From an uncultured delta proteobacterium (GTDB taxonomy: Bacteria; Myxococcota_A; Polyangia; Polyangiales; Polyangiaceae), in assembly GCA_963850305.1 (NCBI GenBank), contig CAWKKR010000007.1, positions 704,001 through 768,000 on the forward strand: a stretch of 64,000 nt of DNA. Reading direction: 5' to 3'. Positions 19,516 to 32,300 of the stretch are shown in pieces. The stretch's first letter is position 1, and each line of letters starts with the position of its first letter. The position numbers and the translations under genes were made by a program. A model generated the notes under the pieces. It saw only the letters and a program-made list of their open reading frames with translations, made no database searches and was not told the origin of the DNA.

Positions 19516-20082
19516 ATGGACACCAGTGACATCAAAAAGGGCCTGAAGTTCATGTACGACGGCCAGCCCTACGTCGTCGTCGACTTCCAGTTCGTGAAGC
19601 CCGGAAAGGGGCAGGCGTTCACCCGCACGCGCATGAAGAACATGTTGACCGGGAACGTCCTCGAGAAGAATCTGCGCTCCGGCGAGCGGATGGAAGCGGC
19701 GGACGTGGAGGAGCGCTCGATGCAGTACATCTATCCGGAGGCGGACATGTACGTGTTCATGAACCAGCAATCCGGGGAGCAGGTTTCCGTGCCCAAGGAG
19801 GCTGTCGGGGAGGCGTCGCAGTTTCTCATCGACGGCATCGAGTGCCAGATCGTCATCTATCAGGGCAATCCCGTGAGCGTCGCGCTACCGGCGCACGTCA
19901 CCGTGCAGGTCGTGGAGACGGAGCCCGGCGCGCGCGGCGACACCGCCACGAATGTCTTGAAATCGGCGAAGGTGTCCACGGGCGCAACCGTCGGCGTCCC
20001 GCTCTTCATCACCGAGGGCGAGTGGATCCGCGTCGACACGCGCGAGGGGAAATACCTCGAGCGCGTCAAAGCCCCAAGCTGA
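19516..20082 (+). CDS. efp: Translation elongation factor P
   Basis: VKPGKGQAF, PGARGDTA and VPLFITEGEWIRVDTR motifs; GGGAGGG RBS. Confidence 0.97.
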   Translation: MDTSDIKKGLKFMYDGQPYVVVDFQFVKPGKGQAFTRTRMKNMLTGNVLEKNLRSGERMEAADVEERSMQYIYPEADMYVFMNQQSGEQVSVPKEAVGEASQFLIDGIECQIVIYQGNPVSVALPAHVTVQVVETEPGARGDTATNVLKSAKVSTGATVGVPLFITEGEWIRVDTREGKYLERVKAPS

Positions 20083-20142
20083 CGTCAGACGTTCCCACCC
20101 GTTCGGTACTCCGCCGGTCACTGGTGGGGCGGCTCGCGTCTG

Positions 20143-20446
20143 CCCTCGATGGCTCGATTCGAGCTATCCGGACCTCAGCTGAGCTGCCGGCGGTCCAATC
20201 CAAGCCCCCGGGAGCTTATTTCTGCTAGCCGAGGCTCGGCCAAAGCGACGGGCCGCTCATTTTAGCGACTCATGGCCTGCGCCGAGCGTCGCGGGGCTCG
20301 ATTGAGCGTCCCGGGCGCTCGAATCGAGCCATCGGGGGCGTGGCGAGTGAAGTTTTCGCTCGCATCGAGCGGCGCGGGGCTCAGCTGAGCGCCTGGGAGC
20401 CTCGACTCGAGCCGTTCGGGGCGTGGCGAGTGAAGTTTTGGCTCGC
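20143..20446. repeat. Intergenic structured repeat: two tandem copies with 83-bp period (20283-20363, 20366-20446) plus an inverted partial copy (20143-20184); REP/BIME-like
   Basis: Both copies share GGGGCGTGGCGAGTGAAGTTTT(C/G)GCTCGC and GCGGGGCTC..TGAGCG. The reverse complement of 20147-20164 matches GCTCGAATCGAGCCATCG of copy 1 exactly. Confidence 0.75.
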
Positions 20447-20462
20447 GCCACGTGTTCGGGGC

Positions 20463-22349
20463 TCACCTACGCTCCGCATTCCTCGCCGCACGCGATCGTG
20501 AGCGTCCGGATGCTCGCGCCGGCTCCTCCGGCTCGGCAGCCGGCGTGAAGAGCACTGCGTGGTCGCCGCGGATGCACGCCGCGGCGATGGCGTCGTTGGC
20601 GACGACGCAATCGCGGAGCGTCGCGGGCTCGTCCGCGGTCCATGTCTCGGAACGGGGACGACGCACGACGAGCAGGCCATCGGTCGTGACGAGCACGGCG
20701 GTCTTGCCGTCCGGTGAGCGCGGGCTACCCGGCGGCACGGGGCTTCCCAGGTTCGCAAGAGTCTCGACACCGAACAGGGCGTTGCCGGCGAGGCCCGCGT
20801 GGTGCGAGCCGTCCCACTCGAGCGGGGTGAGCCGCGGCGTGGGAGGGCGCCCGCTGGCGACACACGACCCAGGGCGCGCAGCGAGGAGGCTGGTCGGTTC
20901 GGACGGCATCGGAGCTCCGTTCGCGCCGGTGACCAGGAGCAAGGCCTCCGAGCGATCGCACGGAAACGCCATGCCCGCCCAGATCGGGTCGGTTCCGCCT
21001 CCGACGCCGAGCGACCACTTGTCGACCGAAGCCGCTTCCCCGACGGTGCTCGGCAGCGCGAATCGCGTGACGCCGTCCGTCGTCTGGACGAGGAGCGCGC
21101 CGCTCGCGTCGAACATGAGCGGGCTCCACCGCGGAGCTCGACCTGGTACCGGGGGCTTCGCGGACAACGGTTGCTCGGTGACGGCGCGGTGCAAAGTGGA
21201 GGATGCGATCCGATGCATCAGCTCGTGCCTCTGCGTTTCGGGCATCGGCGCGCCGAACCACTGTGCCTGTTCGAGAGCCCCGCTGGCTTCGAGCGCGTTG
21301 CGTTCGCGGAGTGAGGCGTGAATCTGGGCGGCCGCGAGGTCCCGGAGGGCGTCATCGATGCCGGGGCACGCGAAGGGCGCGCCGTCCGCGTCGAAGACGC
21401 GCGGGGTGCCGCTCTCGCTACAGAGGGTGGCATAAAGCCGGCGCGCGAGCGCGATCCGGGACGCGAGCTGCTCCGCCGCGTGCTTTCCAGGGGTCCGAGC
21501 GGGCCTGGCCACACTCGAAAGCGAGCGCGCCGGCTCGGACGCGTCGCGCGAAGGGCCTGCCGCGCGATCGAGCCATATCAAATCCGCAGCAACCAAATCT
21601 CCCTCCTGCCCGGACTTCATCGACGCGGTCAGGCGGACGTCATCACGGCCGTCGCCGTCCCGATCGGTCGAGTCCACGGTGAAGTCGAGCAGCTCGCCCG
21701 GAGCCGGCTCCGCCATCTTGAGCGCGACGATTTCAGGGCGCTCGGCGGCGGGCGCGACGACGGTGATCCCGCGCGCCGGCGATCTGGCGACGAGGGTGGC
21801 CGTGCACGTCGCGGAGATATCCAGGGTGACGGTGTGCGGCCCGGTTTGCGCGAGGTTCGTCACCTGGTGGCAGGAAGGACCGCCCGGGATGAACGCGGGA
21901 GCCCTGGCAACGACCCGTCCGGCGGCAGCATGGGCCGCGAACAGCACGAGCTCGCCGCTGGATTGCGTCTCCGGAGGGTCGGTCCGCGCGCGCGTCCAGG
22001 CGACCGCATCGAGTGTGCCGTCCCCATCGAAGTCGGAAGTCACGGCGCGCTCGATCAACCGAGCCTTGTCGACGCCGAGCGCGACGCCGTTCAGCGTCCA
22101 GTCGCTCACACCCGGCGGTGCCTCCACGGAAGGCTTCGGAAACGGCGACGAAACTGGACCCCGGGTCGCCGCTGCGTCGTGCGCGGCCGACGGACTCGCG
22201 CTCGGAGAGTCTGCGATGTGAAAGGGCGTGTACGGCCTGTCGGACGCGCACCTGCATCCGGTCGCACCACCAAGCGCGAGGATCGTCGCAAGCGGGCGCA
22301 GGTGGCCAAGGTGAAGAAGAACGGGCCCGGTCCGCGCGCGCATCGTCAT
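20463..22349 (-). CDS. Hypothetical exported/lipoprotein with DxDGDG Ca-binding-like motifs
   Basis: Hydrophobic LATILALGGATGC; SDFDGDGTLD and DRDGDGRDD motifs; 628-aa ORF. Confidence 0.7.
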   Translation of the reverse strand: MTMRARTGPVLLHLGHLRPLATILALGGATGCRCASDRPYTPFHIADSPSASPSAAHDAAATRGPVSSPFPKPSVEAPPGVSDWTLNGVALGVDKARLIERAVTSDFDGDGTLDAVAWTRARTDPPETQSSGELVLFAAHAAAGRVVARAPAFIPGGPSCHQVTNLAQTGPHTVTLDISATCTATLVARSPARGITVVAPAAERPEIVALKMAEPAPGELLDFTVDSTDRDGDGRDDVRLTASMKSGQEGDLVAADLIWLDRAAGPSRDASEPARSLSSVARPARTPGKHAAEQLASRIALARRLYATLCSESGTPRVFDADGAPFACPGIDDALRDLAAAQIHASLRERNALEASGALEQAQWFGAPMPETQRHELMHRIASSTLHRAVTEQPLSAKPPVPGRAPRWSPLMFDASGALLVQTTDGVTRFALPSTVGEAASVDKWSLGVGGGTDPIWAGMAFPCDRSEALLLVTGANGAPMPSEPTSLLAARPGSCVASGRPPTPRLTPLEWDGSHHAGLAGNALFGVETLANLGSPVPPGSPRSPDGKTAVLVTTDGLLVVRRPRSETWTADEPATLRDCVVANDAIAAACIRGDHAVLFTPAAEPEEPARASGRSRSRAARNAERR

Positions 22350-22422
22350 CGCGGTCAGTACCAGATTCGTGTTATTTTTTCGCCTGGAGCCGAGAAGCCA
22401 TCCCCTCGCGACATTTCGGTGA

Positions 22423-23254
22423 ATGCTGCCGCGCCGCCGTCGCCCTCCTCTTCGTCACCGGATGTGGGAGACCGGCGACGCCCCTCCAGCAAGCGGCGCT
22501 CCTCTCCTCGAAGGGGCGCGACGCCGAAGCCGTCCATCTGCTGGAGGCGGATCTGAAGAAGCACCCGGACGCGATCGCCGACCGCAGGCTGCTCGTCCGG
22601 CTACGCGCCGAGACGGGCGATCTGGGGGCGGCCGAACGCGAGGCCGGAGCGCTTGCCGCGGTTTTGCCCCCAAACAGCCCCGTCCCGTGGCTCGAGCTGG
22701 GTCATGCCTTCGAGATCGCCCATCAGTTCGAGCAGGCGCTGGCAGCCTATGACCGCGCCGCCACCGTGGCGCCCCGCGACCCGGAAGGGCCGAAGACCGG
22801 CGGGCTTCGCGCCGCACGCTGGGGAGAAATCGACCTTGCCGAACCCCGGCTGGAGGAAGCGCTCCGCCGTGACCCGCGCGACGCCGAGGCCTGGCACGGG
22901 CTCGGGCTGGTGCGCGTCCAGAAGGGCGACCTCGAAGGAGCGAAGACCGCGTACGAAAGCGGGCTTCGCGCCGACCCGGCCGCGCTCGAAAATCGTGTCG
23001 GCCTCGCGACGGTCGCGCTGAAAGAAAATCACGCGGAGGTCGCGCTCGCCGAGTATGATCGAGTGCTCGTCGCGCGCCCGAGCTTCGGCGACGGTTATCT
23101 CGGCCGCGCGTGGGCGCTCCTCCTCCTCGGACGTCTGGACGAGTCCGCGTCGAGCCTCGAGGATGCGCGCCGGAACGGTGCGGACGCGCGCGCGATCGCC
23201 AGGCAACAAAGCCTGATGGACATGCTCCGCCGACAAAACGAGAAGGGGCCGTGA
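22423..23254 (+). CDS. TPR lipoprotein (start uncertain; probable 1-nt insertion just after ATG 22423)
   Basis: ORF 22013..23254 contains AAVALLFVTGC followed by TPRs (PWLELGHAFE, AEAWHGLG). No in-frame start precedes the lipobox; removing one base after ATG 22423 gives ML(R/P)AAVALLFVTGC. Confidence 0.7.
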
Positions 23255-23293
23255 CGTTCGCCGAGCGCGCCTGGATCGAGGGCTTTCGAGGGC

Positions 23294-23322
23294 TTGTAAC
23301 GCCTGCACTCGCGGCGTAATCT
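23294..23322 (+). promoter_or_regulatory. Putative sigma70-type promoter TTGTAA-N17-TAATCT
   Basis: Canonical 17-nt spacing, about 50 nt upstream of the giant TPR gene start. Confidence 0.45.
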
Positions 23323-23371
23323 CGGCGTCCGTTTCGGCGCCTTCGCGCAGGGAGCGTCCACAGGGAAGAGC

Positions 23372-26300
23372 ATGGATTCGCAAGAGATCCGCACGGCGCT
23401 GGGCGAGCTTCAAGAAGATCCGGATCGCAAGGAGACGTGGGAGAAGCTCGCGGCTGCCGTGGGTATTCCCGGCGGAGATCTCGCGCCTGCGGACGCGCTC
23501 CGGATCATGGCGCGGGCGCGTCGCGCTCACGAAGCACGCGATGAAGTCGAAGCCGTCGCGGCGCTCCTGGCGCTCGAGGTGAAGATCGCGGCACGAACGC
23601 TCGACGAAGCGGCGCTCGTCGCCGAAGAGTCGCGGGTGCTCCGCGACGAGCTGTTCGACGAAGACGCCGCTCTCGTCGCGGATCTGCGGACGCTCGAGCT
23701 CGCGCCGGACGAGCCGAAGGCCGCCGCCGCGCTCGTCGAGAGCGAAGAGAAGCGCGCTCGGTGGCAAGAGCTCTCCCAGACGTACCTGGACGAGGCGAGC
23801 TCGGCCCCCGACGACGTTTACAAGAGCTCCATGCTGATGCGTGCCGCGGAGATGGAGCTCCGCTTCGCGGGCGATCACGGGAACGCGGCGCGCGTCGTGG
23901 AGCGGCTCGAAGAAGCCTCGTCGCTCGACCCGGGAAACGCTCGCGCGGCGAAGATGATGGAGCGGCTCTACCGGCGCGCGGAGCGGTGGACCGACGTCGC
24001 TCGCGTGCTGACGCAAGCGACGATGCACGTGACGGACCCGGCGGCGCGCGCGTCGGCCGCGGTGCGGCTCGGACGCGTTCAGTGCTTCCGGCTCCGCGAT
24101 CCCGCGGCAGCGGCGGCGGTCTACGAGCGACTCCTGAAGGATCAGCCCGCGAACGCCGAGGCGATCCGGTTTCTCGCCGACCACTACTCTCGCACGGAGA
24201 ACTGGGACGCCCTCGTCGCGTTCTTCGAGCGACAGATCCCCGAGGCCGAACAGTCCAAGGCCGACCGGCTCGGAGACATGCTCCAGATCGGCATGCTCCA
24301 CTGGCGGAAGCGCGAGAAGCTGGAGGACGCGGAACCCTGGTTCGAGCGTATCCGGAAGCTGGAGCCCGGTAATCTCGGGATGCTCGCGTTCTTCCGCGAT
24401 TATTTCGAGAAGATCGGGGACGCGGGCCGTCAGACGGCGGTCTTGCAGGGCGCGCAACGTGTGCTGCCCGAGGGACCGGACAAGGTGGAGGTCACACAGC
24501 AGCTCGCGCGCCTCGCCGAGGGTCAAAAGGACGGACAAAAGGCGATCGAGCAGTACAAGGCGCTCCTCCGACAGAATCCGGACGACGAGGATTCGCGCGA
24601 GCGCCTCAAGGATCTCTACCGGCGGACGCAGGGGTACAACGCGCTCGTCGAGCTCCTGCGCCAGCAGCTCGAGCGAACGGACGCCGCAGACGGTCCGAAG
24701 CGCCTCGAGATCCTGCGCGAGGTGGCGAACCTCTACAGAAGCTCGATCAAGAGCGACACCGCTCTGGTGTCGGTCCTGAACCAGATTCTGCAGATCGACG
24801 AACGCGATATCGAAGCGGTCCGTGAGCTCATCGCGCTCTACGAGAAACTCGGACGCGCGCGCGATCTCCTGGCCAGCCAGCAGAAGCTCGCGGAGCTCTC
24901 CTCGGACCCGACGGAGAAGGCCGAGCTCTTCCGCCTGATCGCGCGGCGCTGGCTCGAGCAGTTCTCGAACGTGCAGAACGCGACGCAGGCTTTCGAGGGC
25001 TTGCTCAAGATCCTGCCGGGCGATCCCGAGGCGTGCCAGAACCTGTCCGAGCTCTACAAGAAGCGCCGTGCGTGGCCGCAGCTCTTCGAACTCTATCAGT
25101 CTCAGGTCGGGACGCTGGAGGGCGGGGAGCGGCTGACGTTGATGACGGAGATGGCACAGCTCGCCGCCGAGCGCCTCGGGCGCGGCGACGATGCGGCGAA
25201 GCTCTACCGCGAGATCCTCGCGGCCGACCCGGGCAACGCGCAAGTGCTGGACGCGCTGGAGCGCCACGCGGAGCGGGCGAAGGACTGGCCGACGCTCGCC
25301 GAAGCCCTCGAGCGTCGCGTGGACGCTCTTTCCGATCCCGGCGCGCGGCTCGCGGTGCTGCAGAAGCTCGGCACCGTGTACGCGGAACACGTCGGCGATC
25401 ATCAAGGCGCCGTTCGCGCATGGCGGCGCGTCCTCGAGCTGCAGCCGGGCCACCAGCGGGCACTCAGGGTACTGCGCGATTCGTATCTCCTCGCCGGCGA
25501 TTACGGGGGGCTCGAGGAGCTCTACGCGTCCCAGGGGGACTGGGAAGGGCTTGCCGAGGTGCTGAGCAACACCGCCGATCGCGCCAAGGAGGGGGCCGCC
25601 AAGATCGAGCTCTCCTATCGCGCCGCGGGTGTTTACAAGGATCGGCTACGCCAGCCCGAGCGCGCGTTCCGGTCGTACGAACGGATCCTCGCGACCGATC
25701 CGAACGACACGCGCGCCGCGAAGGAGCTCATCCCGCTCTACGAGGCCGAGGAGAAATGGCCCCGCTTGCCCGCTCTGCACGAGCTCCTGGTCGAGCGAAC
25801 GGAGGACGAGGCGGAAAAGCTCGCGCACCTGCAGCGGCTGGTGGAAATTGCGGGCGAGCGTCTGTCCGATCGTAATGCCGCTGCGACTTACGCGCGCCGC
25901 GCTTACGCCATCGCACCCGATGACGCCGCGGTCCTCGCGTCGTTCCAGTCGGCCGCGGCTGCGGCCGGGGCCTGGCCGCTGTTCGTGGAAGCTGTCGAGG
26001 AGCGTGCGAAGAAGGTCAAGAAGAAGAAGCGGCGGCCGCTCGAGCTACTGCTCGCGGACGTGTACACGCGGGAGCTCTCGCGAACCGATGACGCGATCGG
26101 TATCTACAAGCGCCTGCTCGAGTCGGACGCCACCGACACGGAAGCAGGAACGGCACTCGAGGCCATTCTCCGTCGCGAAGGGCGGCGGGACGACCTGCGC
26201 TGGCTCCTCGGCTTGCGCGTCGAGAATGCAGCGAGCGACGACGAACGCGTTCGCGTGCTCGGCGAGTGGGCGACACTGGAAGAAGAGTCGTTTGCGGAGC

Positions 26301-29300
26301 CTGACCGCGCCGCGGCGCTGCACGCTCGCGTGCTCGAGCACGCTCCAGGAAACGTGGTTGCGCTCGCGGCGTTACCGCGGTTGCTGCTCGCGACGGGCAA
26401 CGCCAAGGGCGCCGCGGAAGTTCTCGAGAAACATCGCGAGAACACGAGCGGCGCGGAGCGCGCGGACGTCGAGACGGAGCTTGCAGAGCTCTACATCGAA
26501 CGGCTCGGTCGACCCGCGGACGCGCTCGAGGCCGTCGGGCGCGTGCTCGAGCTTTCGCCCCACGATCCGCGTGCGATTTCGGCGCTGCGCCGTCTTCTGG
26601 CGCACAAGGAAACGAAAGAGCGGGCTGCCGAGATCCTCGCCACGGAATACGCCGCCACGGGTGACTCACGCCAGGAAGCCGATGCGTTGAGCCAGATGCT
26701 CGCCGCGGCATCTCGCCCGGAAGAGCGAAGGGCTCTGTACCTGCGGCTCTGCGACGTGCACGAGCAGAAGCTCTCGTCTTCGAACGCCGCGCTCGACGTC
26801 ATGCTGCGCGCCGTTCGTGAGTTTCCGGCGGATCTCGAGCTCTGGCGTCGCGCCGAGTCGCTCTCGGCGTCCGCGAACCGGCCGACGGATCTCGCGGAGG
26901 CGTTCCGCGAGGCGCTGCGCGCGGAGCTCCCGCCGGAAGCGGAGCTCGAGCTCTGCGAGCAAGCCGCGCGCCTTCACGAGGAGCGCCTCGGGGATCCCGT
27001 GGGAGCATCGCCGTATCTGGAGCGTGTCCTCGTTCGCGATCCCGGGAACGAGCGGGCGTTCACCCGGCTGAAGCAAATCCTCACCGGTGCGGAGCGATGG
27101 GCGGAGCTGGAGGCCCTGTACGATCGAGCCGCCGCGGCCACCGAGGACCCGATCCTGAAGACGGAGATGCTCTCGGAGGTCGCGCTCGTGTGCGAGGAGA
27201 TCATCGAGGACCCCGTCAAGGCGACACGGTCGTACGAACGCATTCTCGAGGTCGATCCGAACCACGAAGGCGCGCTCGTCGCGCTCGATCGTCTGTACGA
27301 GCAGCAGGGTCGGCACAAGGACCTCGCGGCGCTGCTCGAGCGTCGTCTGGGCTCCGCGCTCGGGGAGGCGAGCCTCGACATGAAGCTGCGTCTCGGTCGG
27401 ATCCAGCTCGACGTATTGCACGAGCCGGGGAAGGCCGCGGGTCACATCGAGGACGTCCTCCGGGAGCGCTCGAACGACTACGATGCGCGGCGGCTTGCGG
27501 AGCGGCTTCTCGAGATCGGAGACCATCGCATCCGCGCGGCTCGCATGCTCGAAGCCGTCTACGAAGCCCGCGACGAGGTCCGGGATCTCGTGCGGGTGCT
27601 GGAGATCCGGCTCCAGGCGCTCGACGAAGCGGCCGGGAACGCGAACGCCATCGACGACGAGCGGAAGGAACTCCTTCGGCGCATCGCCGCTTTCCGCGAC
27701 GAGCGTCTTCACGACGATGCGGGGGCGATCGATGCACTGTCCCGGTACGTTCCGAGCGAGCCGCTGGACGGGGATGCTCGGGCGCGGTTGCTCGACATCG
27801 GAAGGCGACTCGGCGCGCAGGCCCGCGTCGCGGACGTGCTCGAGCGAGCGAGCAACGGGGCGGACACGCCCGGGATGCGCGGGGAGATCCTCACCGAAGT
27901 GGCGAAGATCTACGAAGAGCAGCTCGGCAACCCCGGCAAGGCCGAGGAGACGTACCGGAAGGTCCTCGAGATCGACCCGGACGACGCGGCGCTTGCGCTT
28001 CCCGCCGCGCGCGCCCTCGAGCACATCTATCTGGCCTCGAACGCGCACGAGAAGCTCCGCGATACTCTGAGGACGCAGATCCGACTCGAGAGCGATCCCG
28101 ATGTGCGGACCGAGCTCGAAGGTCGGCTCGGCACGCTCTGCGAGACCGTCCTCGACGATCCGGACGGCGCCATCGTCGCGTGGAAGTCGCGGCTCGAGGA
28201 AAATTCGTCGGATGCCGCCGCCCTCTCGTCGCTGGATCGCCTGTACGAGCGGACCGGCAGGTTCAAGGACCTCGTTCAGATTCTCGAGGCGCGCCGGGAT
28301 CGTACGGAGGTTCCGTCCGAGCGCCGAGAACTCATGCGACGGGCGGCCGAGACGTTTGCCGGAAAACTTTCGGCAGAGTCGGAGGCCATCGACACCTGGC
28401 GCGCGATCGTGGACGAGTTCGGCCCGAATGCGGAAGCCCTCGGCGCACTCGAGACGCTATACGCGGCCGGCTCGCGCAACCAGGATCTCGCGGACACTTA
28501 CGAGGCACACCTCGACATCGTCGACGCCGGCGAAGAGCGGCTCGCGCTACTCGCGAAGCTCGGAGACTTGCGTCGCGAGCGGCTCTCGGATGCCGCGGGA
28601 GCGCTCGGCGCCTATCGTCAGGCCCTGTCCATCGATACGCGCCACGCGCCCAGCCGCGAAGCGCTGGAGAAACTGCTCGCTTCGGAGGACATCCCGACGC
28701 GGCGCGAGGCCGCCGAGATCCTGCATCCCATTTACGAAACGGACGGCGACAGCGAGCGGCTGCTCCGCGTGCTCGAAGTGGAAATTCTCTGCGCGGACGA
28801 TCCGGAGTCCAAGCTTGCCGGTCTCGAGAAGGCGGTGAACGTCTCGTACGGCTTCATGAACGATGCGCCGCGCGCGTTCGGCTATGCCGAGCGCGGCGTG
28901 CGTGAAGCGGCCGGGCACGCGGATGTCCGTCCGTGGCTCGCCCAGATCGAGCGCCTTGCAGCGGCTACCGGGCGGCGCGCCGAGCAAGTGTCGCTCCTCC
29001 GCGAGGCGGTCACGGAGATCTTCGACGGTGACACGCAATTCGCCGTGACCGAACGCATCGCGACGCTCGCTCGTGAGGTTCTGAAGGATCTACCGCTGGC
29101 GCGCGAGTACTACGAGAAAGCCGCGGAGCTACGTCCGGACGACCGCGGCACGCTGGTGGCGCTGGAATCGCTCTACGAGGAGATGGGAGACGCGCCGGCT
29201 TTGCTCGGCGTTCTCGAGCGCCGCGCCGAGGTGGCTCAAACGGACTCCGAGAAGAAAGAGCTCCTGTTCCGCCGCGCGAAGCTGCTCGCGGAGAAACTCG

Positions 29301-32300
29301 GCGATCGACCGCGGGCCATCGAGGTCTATGAAACGATTCTCGACCTCGATCTCGATCGGGGCGCCGTCGACGCGCTCGAGTCGCTGTACGGTTCCGAAGA
29401 ACGCTGGGATGATCTCGTCTCACTGTATCAACGGCAGCTCGATGCTCCCGGGTCTTCGGCTGCGGATCTGCACGTCAAGATCGCCCGCGTGGCAGCGCGA
29501 CACCTCAAGGACTCGACGCGTGCATTCGACGAGCTCGAGGCAGCCCTCGACCTCGAACGGCAGCACGATGGCGCGATCGCCGAGCTCGAGAGAGTGCTCG
29601 GATCGGACGAGGACAAGGAGCAACGAGCTCGCGCCGCGGGCCTGCTCGAACCGATTTACCTGATTCGCTCCGATTACGATCGCGTCATGCGTTCCATCTC
29701 GGCGCGCCTGGACGCGACGGACGATCCGGCGCTCAGACATGAGCTCCTGACGCGCCTCGCGCACCTCTACGAGGAGCAGAAGGAAGATTACGTCGCGGCC
29801 CTCGATACGACCGCGAAGCTTTTTCACGACGACATCGCGGACGAGTCCACTCTCGCAGAGCTCGAGAGACTGGCGAAGGTCGCGGGCGCCGAAAAGCGCC
29901 TCGCTGAGATCTACGCGACGGAGCTCGAGCCTCTGCACGGCGATGATCCGATGACGGCGAAGCTCGCGGCGCGCACCGGGGAGATCTTTGCGAGTCTTGG
30001 AGACAGCGATCGGGCGCTTTCGTTCTATCGGCGCGCGCTCGCGTTCGAGCCGGACAGCAATGCATTGTTCGGCGCCGTCGACGGCCTCCTGGAACGCACG
30101 GGCCGTCACGAGGAACGAGTGGGGCTCTACAAGTCCGGTCTGGATCACAAGTACGAGCCCGCCGACCGTTTGAAGTTCCTGCACACCATCGCGGGACTCG
30201 AGCGCCGCGAGCTCGGCCGGCCCGACGCCGCGATCGAGACGTACCGCCAAGCCGTCGACGTCGACGAAACCGACGCGCGCGCCCTGGATGCGCTCGCCGA
30301 ACTCTACGGCGAACGCGGCCGCCACTCGGATCTCGCGGACCTTTTGCTCCGGCGGGCCGAGTCCGCGAATTCGCCGGACGCGGCGGCAGGCTACCGTCTG
30401 ACGCTCGCGCGGCTGCTGAAGGACAAGCTCGGCGATGCGGGTCGCGCGATCGACCAGCTGGAGGAGATCGTCCGCGCCGCCCCGCATCATCAGGAAGCGG
30501 TGGCCGAGCTCGAGGCCCTCAAGGAGGACGAGGCTTACCGCGAGCGGGTCGTCGAGATCCTGCGACCTCTCTACGAAGGAGCCGACGACTGGCGGAGGCT
30601 CATCAAGTTGAACGAGGATCGCTACGGCCTCGCTCGGGACATCGCCGAGAAGGTGGCGGTCCTGCGGGAGACGTCCGCGCTCTGGGAACAGCGCGGCGAA
30701 GATCGGGATCGCGCGCGGCGTGCGCTGGCGATTGCGGTCGAACTCGACCCGGACGACGCGGACGTGCGTGCGGAATACGAGCGGCTCGTGGAGGCAACCA
30801 GCGCCTGGGACGAGCTGGCGGAGAGCTACGAGTCCGCCCTTCGCGAAAATCCGGATCTTGCGTCGAAGCCGGCGCTATTGTCGATGCTCGCGTCCGTGCA
30901 CGACACGCGGCGCGACGATCCTCGCCGCGCCCTCGACGCCTACGATCGGCTCCGGGAGCTCGACGCGAGCGAGCTTGGTCCGCTGGAGAAGATGGAGCAG
31001 CTGGCGACGCTCCTGAGCGACTGGGCGGTGCTCGATCGTGTGCTGACGGCAAAGGCCGAGCTCGTTCTCGAGGACGATGAACGCGCGAGCATCTTCCGTC
31101 GCGTGGGCGAGGCGCGGCGCGACATGCTGGACGATCGGACGGGGGCGATCGCCGCCTACGAGCGCGCCGCGGAGCTCGATCCCGAGAGTACGTTCACGGT
31201 CGATTGCCTGATCGACCTCTACGAGACCAAGGGCGACGCCGCCCGCCTGGTCGAGCTTTATCAGCGGCGTGTCGAGCTGGCCTCGGAAGACGATGCGGAG
31301 CTCAAGTACGAGCTTCTCGTCAAATCCGCGGACTGTTACGAGACGAAGCTCGAGAACAGGCCCCGCGCGATCGAATCGATGAACCAGGCGCTGTCCGTGC
31401 GGCCCGGGGACACCGCCGTGCTCGGCGCCCTCAATCGCCTGTATCGCGCGGAGGAGATGTGGCCCGAGCTGCTGGAGAATCTCCGCCTCGAGGCGTCGAG
31501 CTGCGAGTCCGTCGAGCAGCGAGCGAACCTGCGAAAGCAGATCGCTCAGATCCTCTCGAACAAAATGTCGAGCTACGAGGACGCGCTGGAGGCTTACGGG
31601 CTCGTTCTCGGAGAGCTGCCCGGTGACGCCGAGGCGACCGTCGCCGCGCGGAAGCTCGGAGAGGAGCACGAGCACCTGCGTCCGGCGGCAGCGGCCATCC
31701 TGGTTCCCGTCTTGTCGCAAGGCGGCCGGCATCAAGAGCTCGTGGACGTGCTCGAACTCCGGCTGACGACGGAGACCGAGCCGGGGGCCCGAGCCGCGAC
31801 GCTGCGCGCGATCGCCGAGGTGCTGGATCGGGATCTGAAGCGCCCCGGCGACGCTGAATCGGCGCTTCTTCGCGCCGTCGCGGAGCAGCCGGAAGCCGCC
31901 GACTTGCATTCGGAAATAGAGAGGCTCGCCCAGGCGAGCGATGGCTGGGCGCGCTATGCCGACGTGCTCGGCGAGCGTGCGCAGGCGACGTTCGACGTGT
32001 CGCTCGCGCGCGATCTCTACACGCGTCTCGGACGTGTCGCGGAGCGGAATCTGGGCGACGACAGGCGGGCCGTCCAGGCGTACACCCGCGCCATCGAACA
32101 AGTCGGCGACCAGCCGGAGCTTCTGGAGGCTCTCGATCGCCTCTATGCCCGCATCGGTGACGCGCGAGCGCTGGCGGAAGTCCTCGAGCGGCGCGTAGCC
32201 GTCGTCGCCGCGCCCGACGAGCAAGCCAACATCCATTATCGGCTCGCGGTGGTCTTCATCACCGAATTCAAGGAGGCGAGTCGCGGACTCGGGAGTCTGC

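Noticed and set aside
20283..20446. Possible mini-CRISPR array
   Set aside because: Units are contiguous and similar along their whole length; there are no unique spacers and no cas genes in the window.
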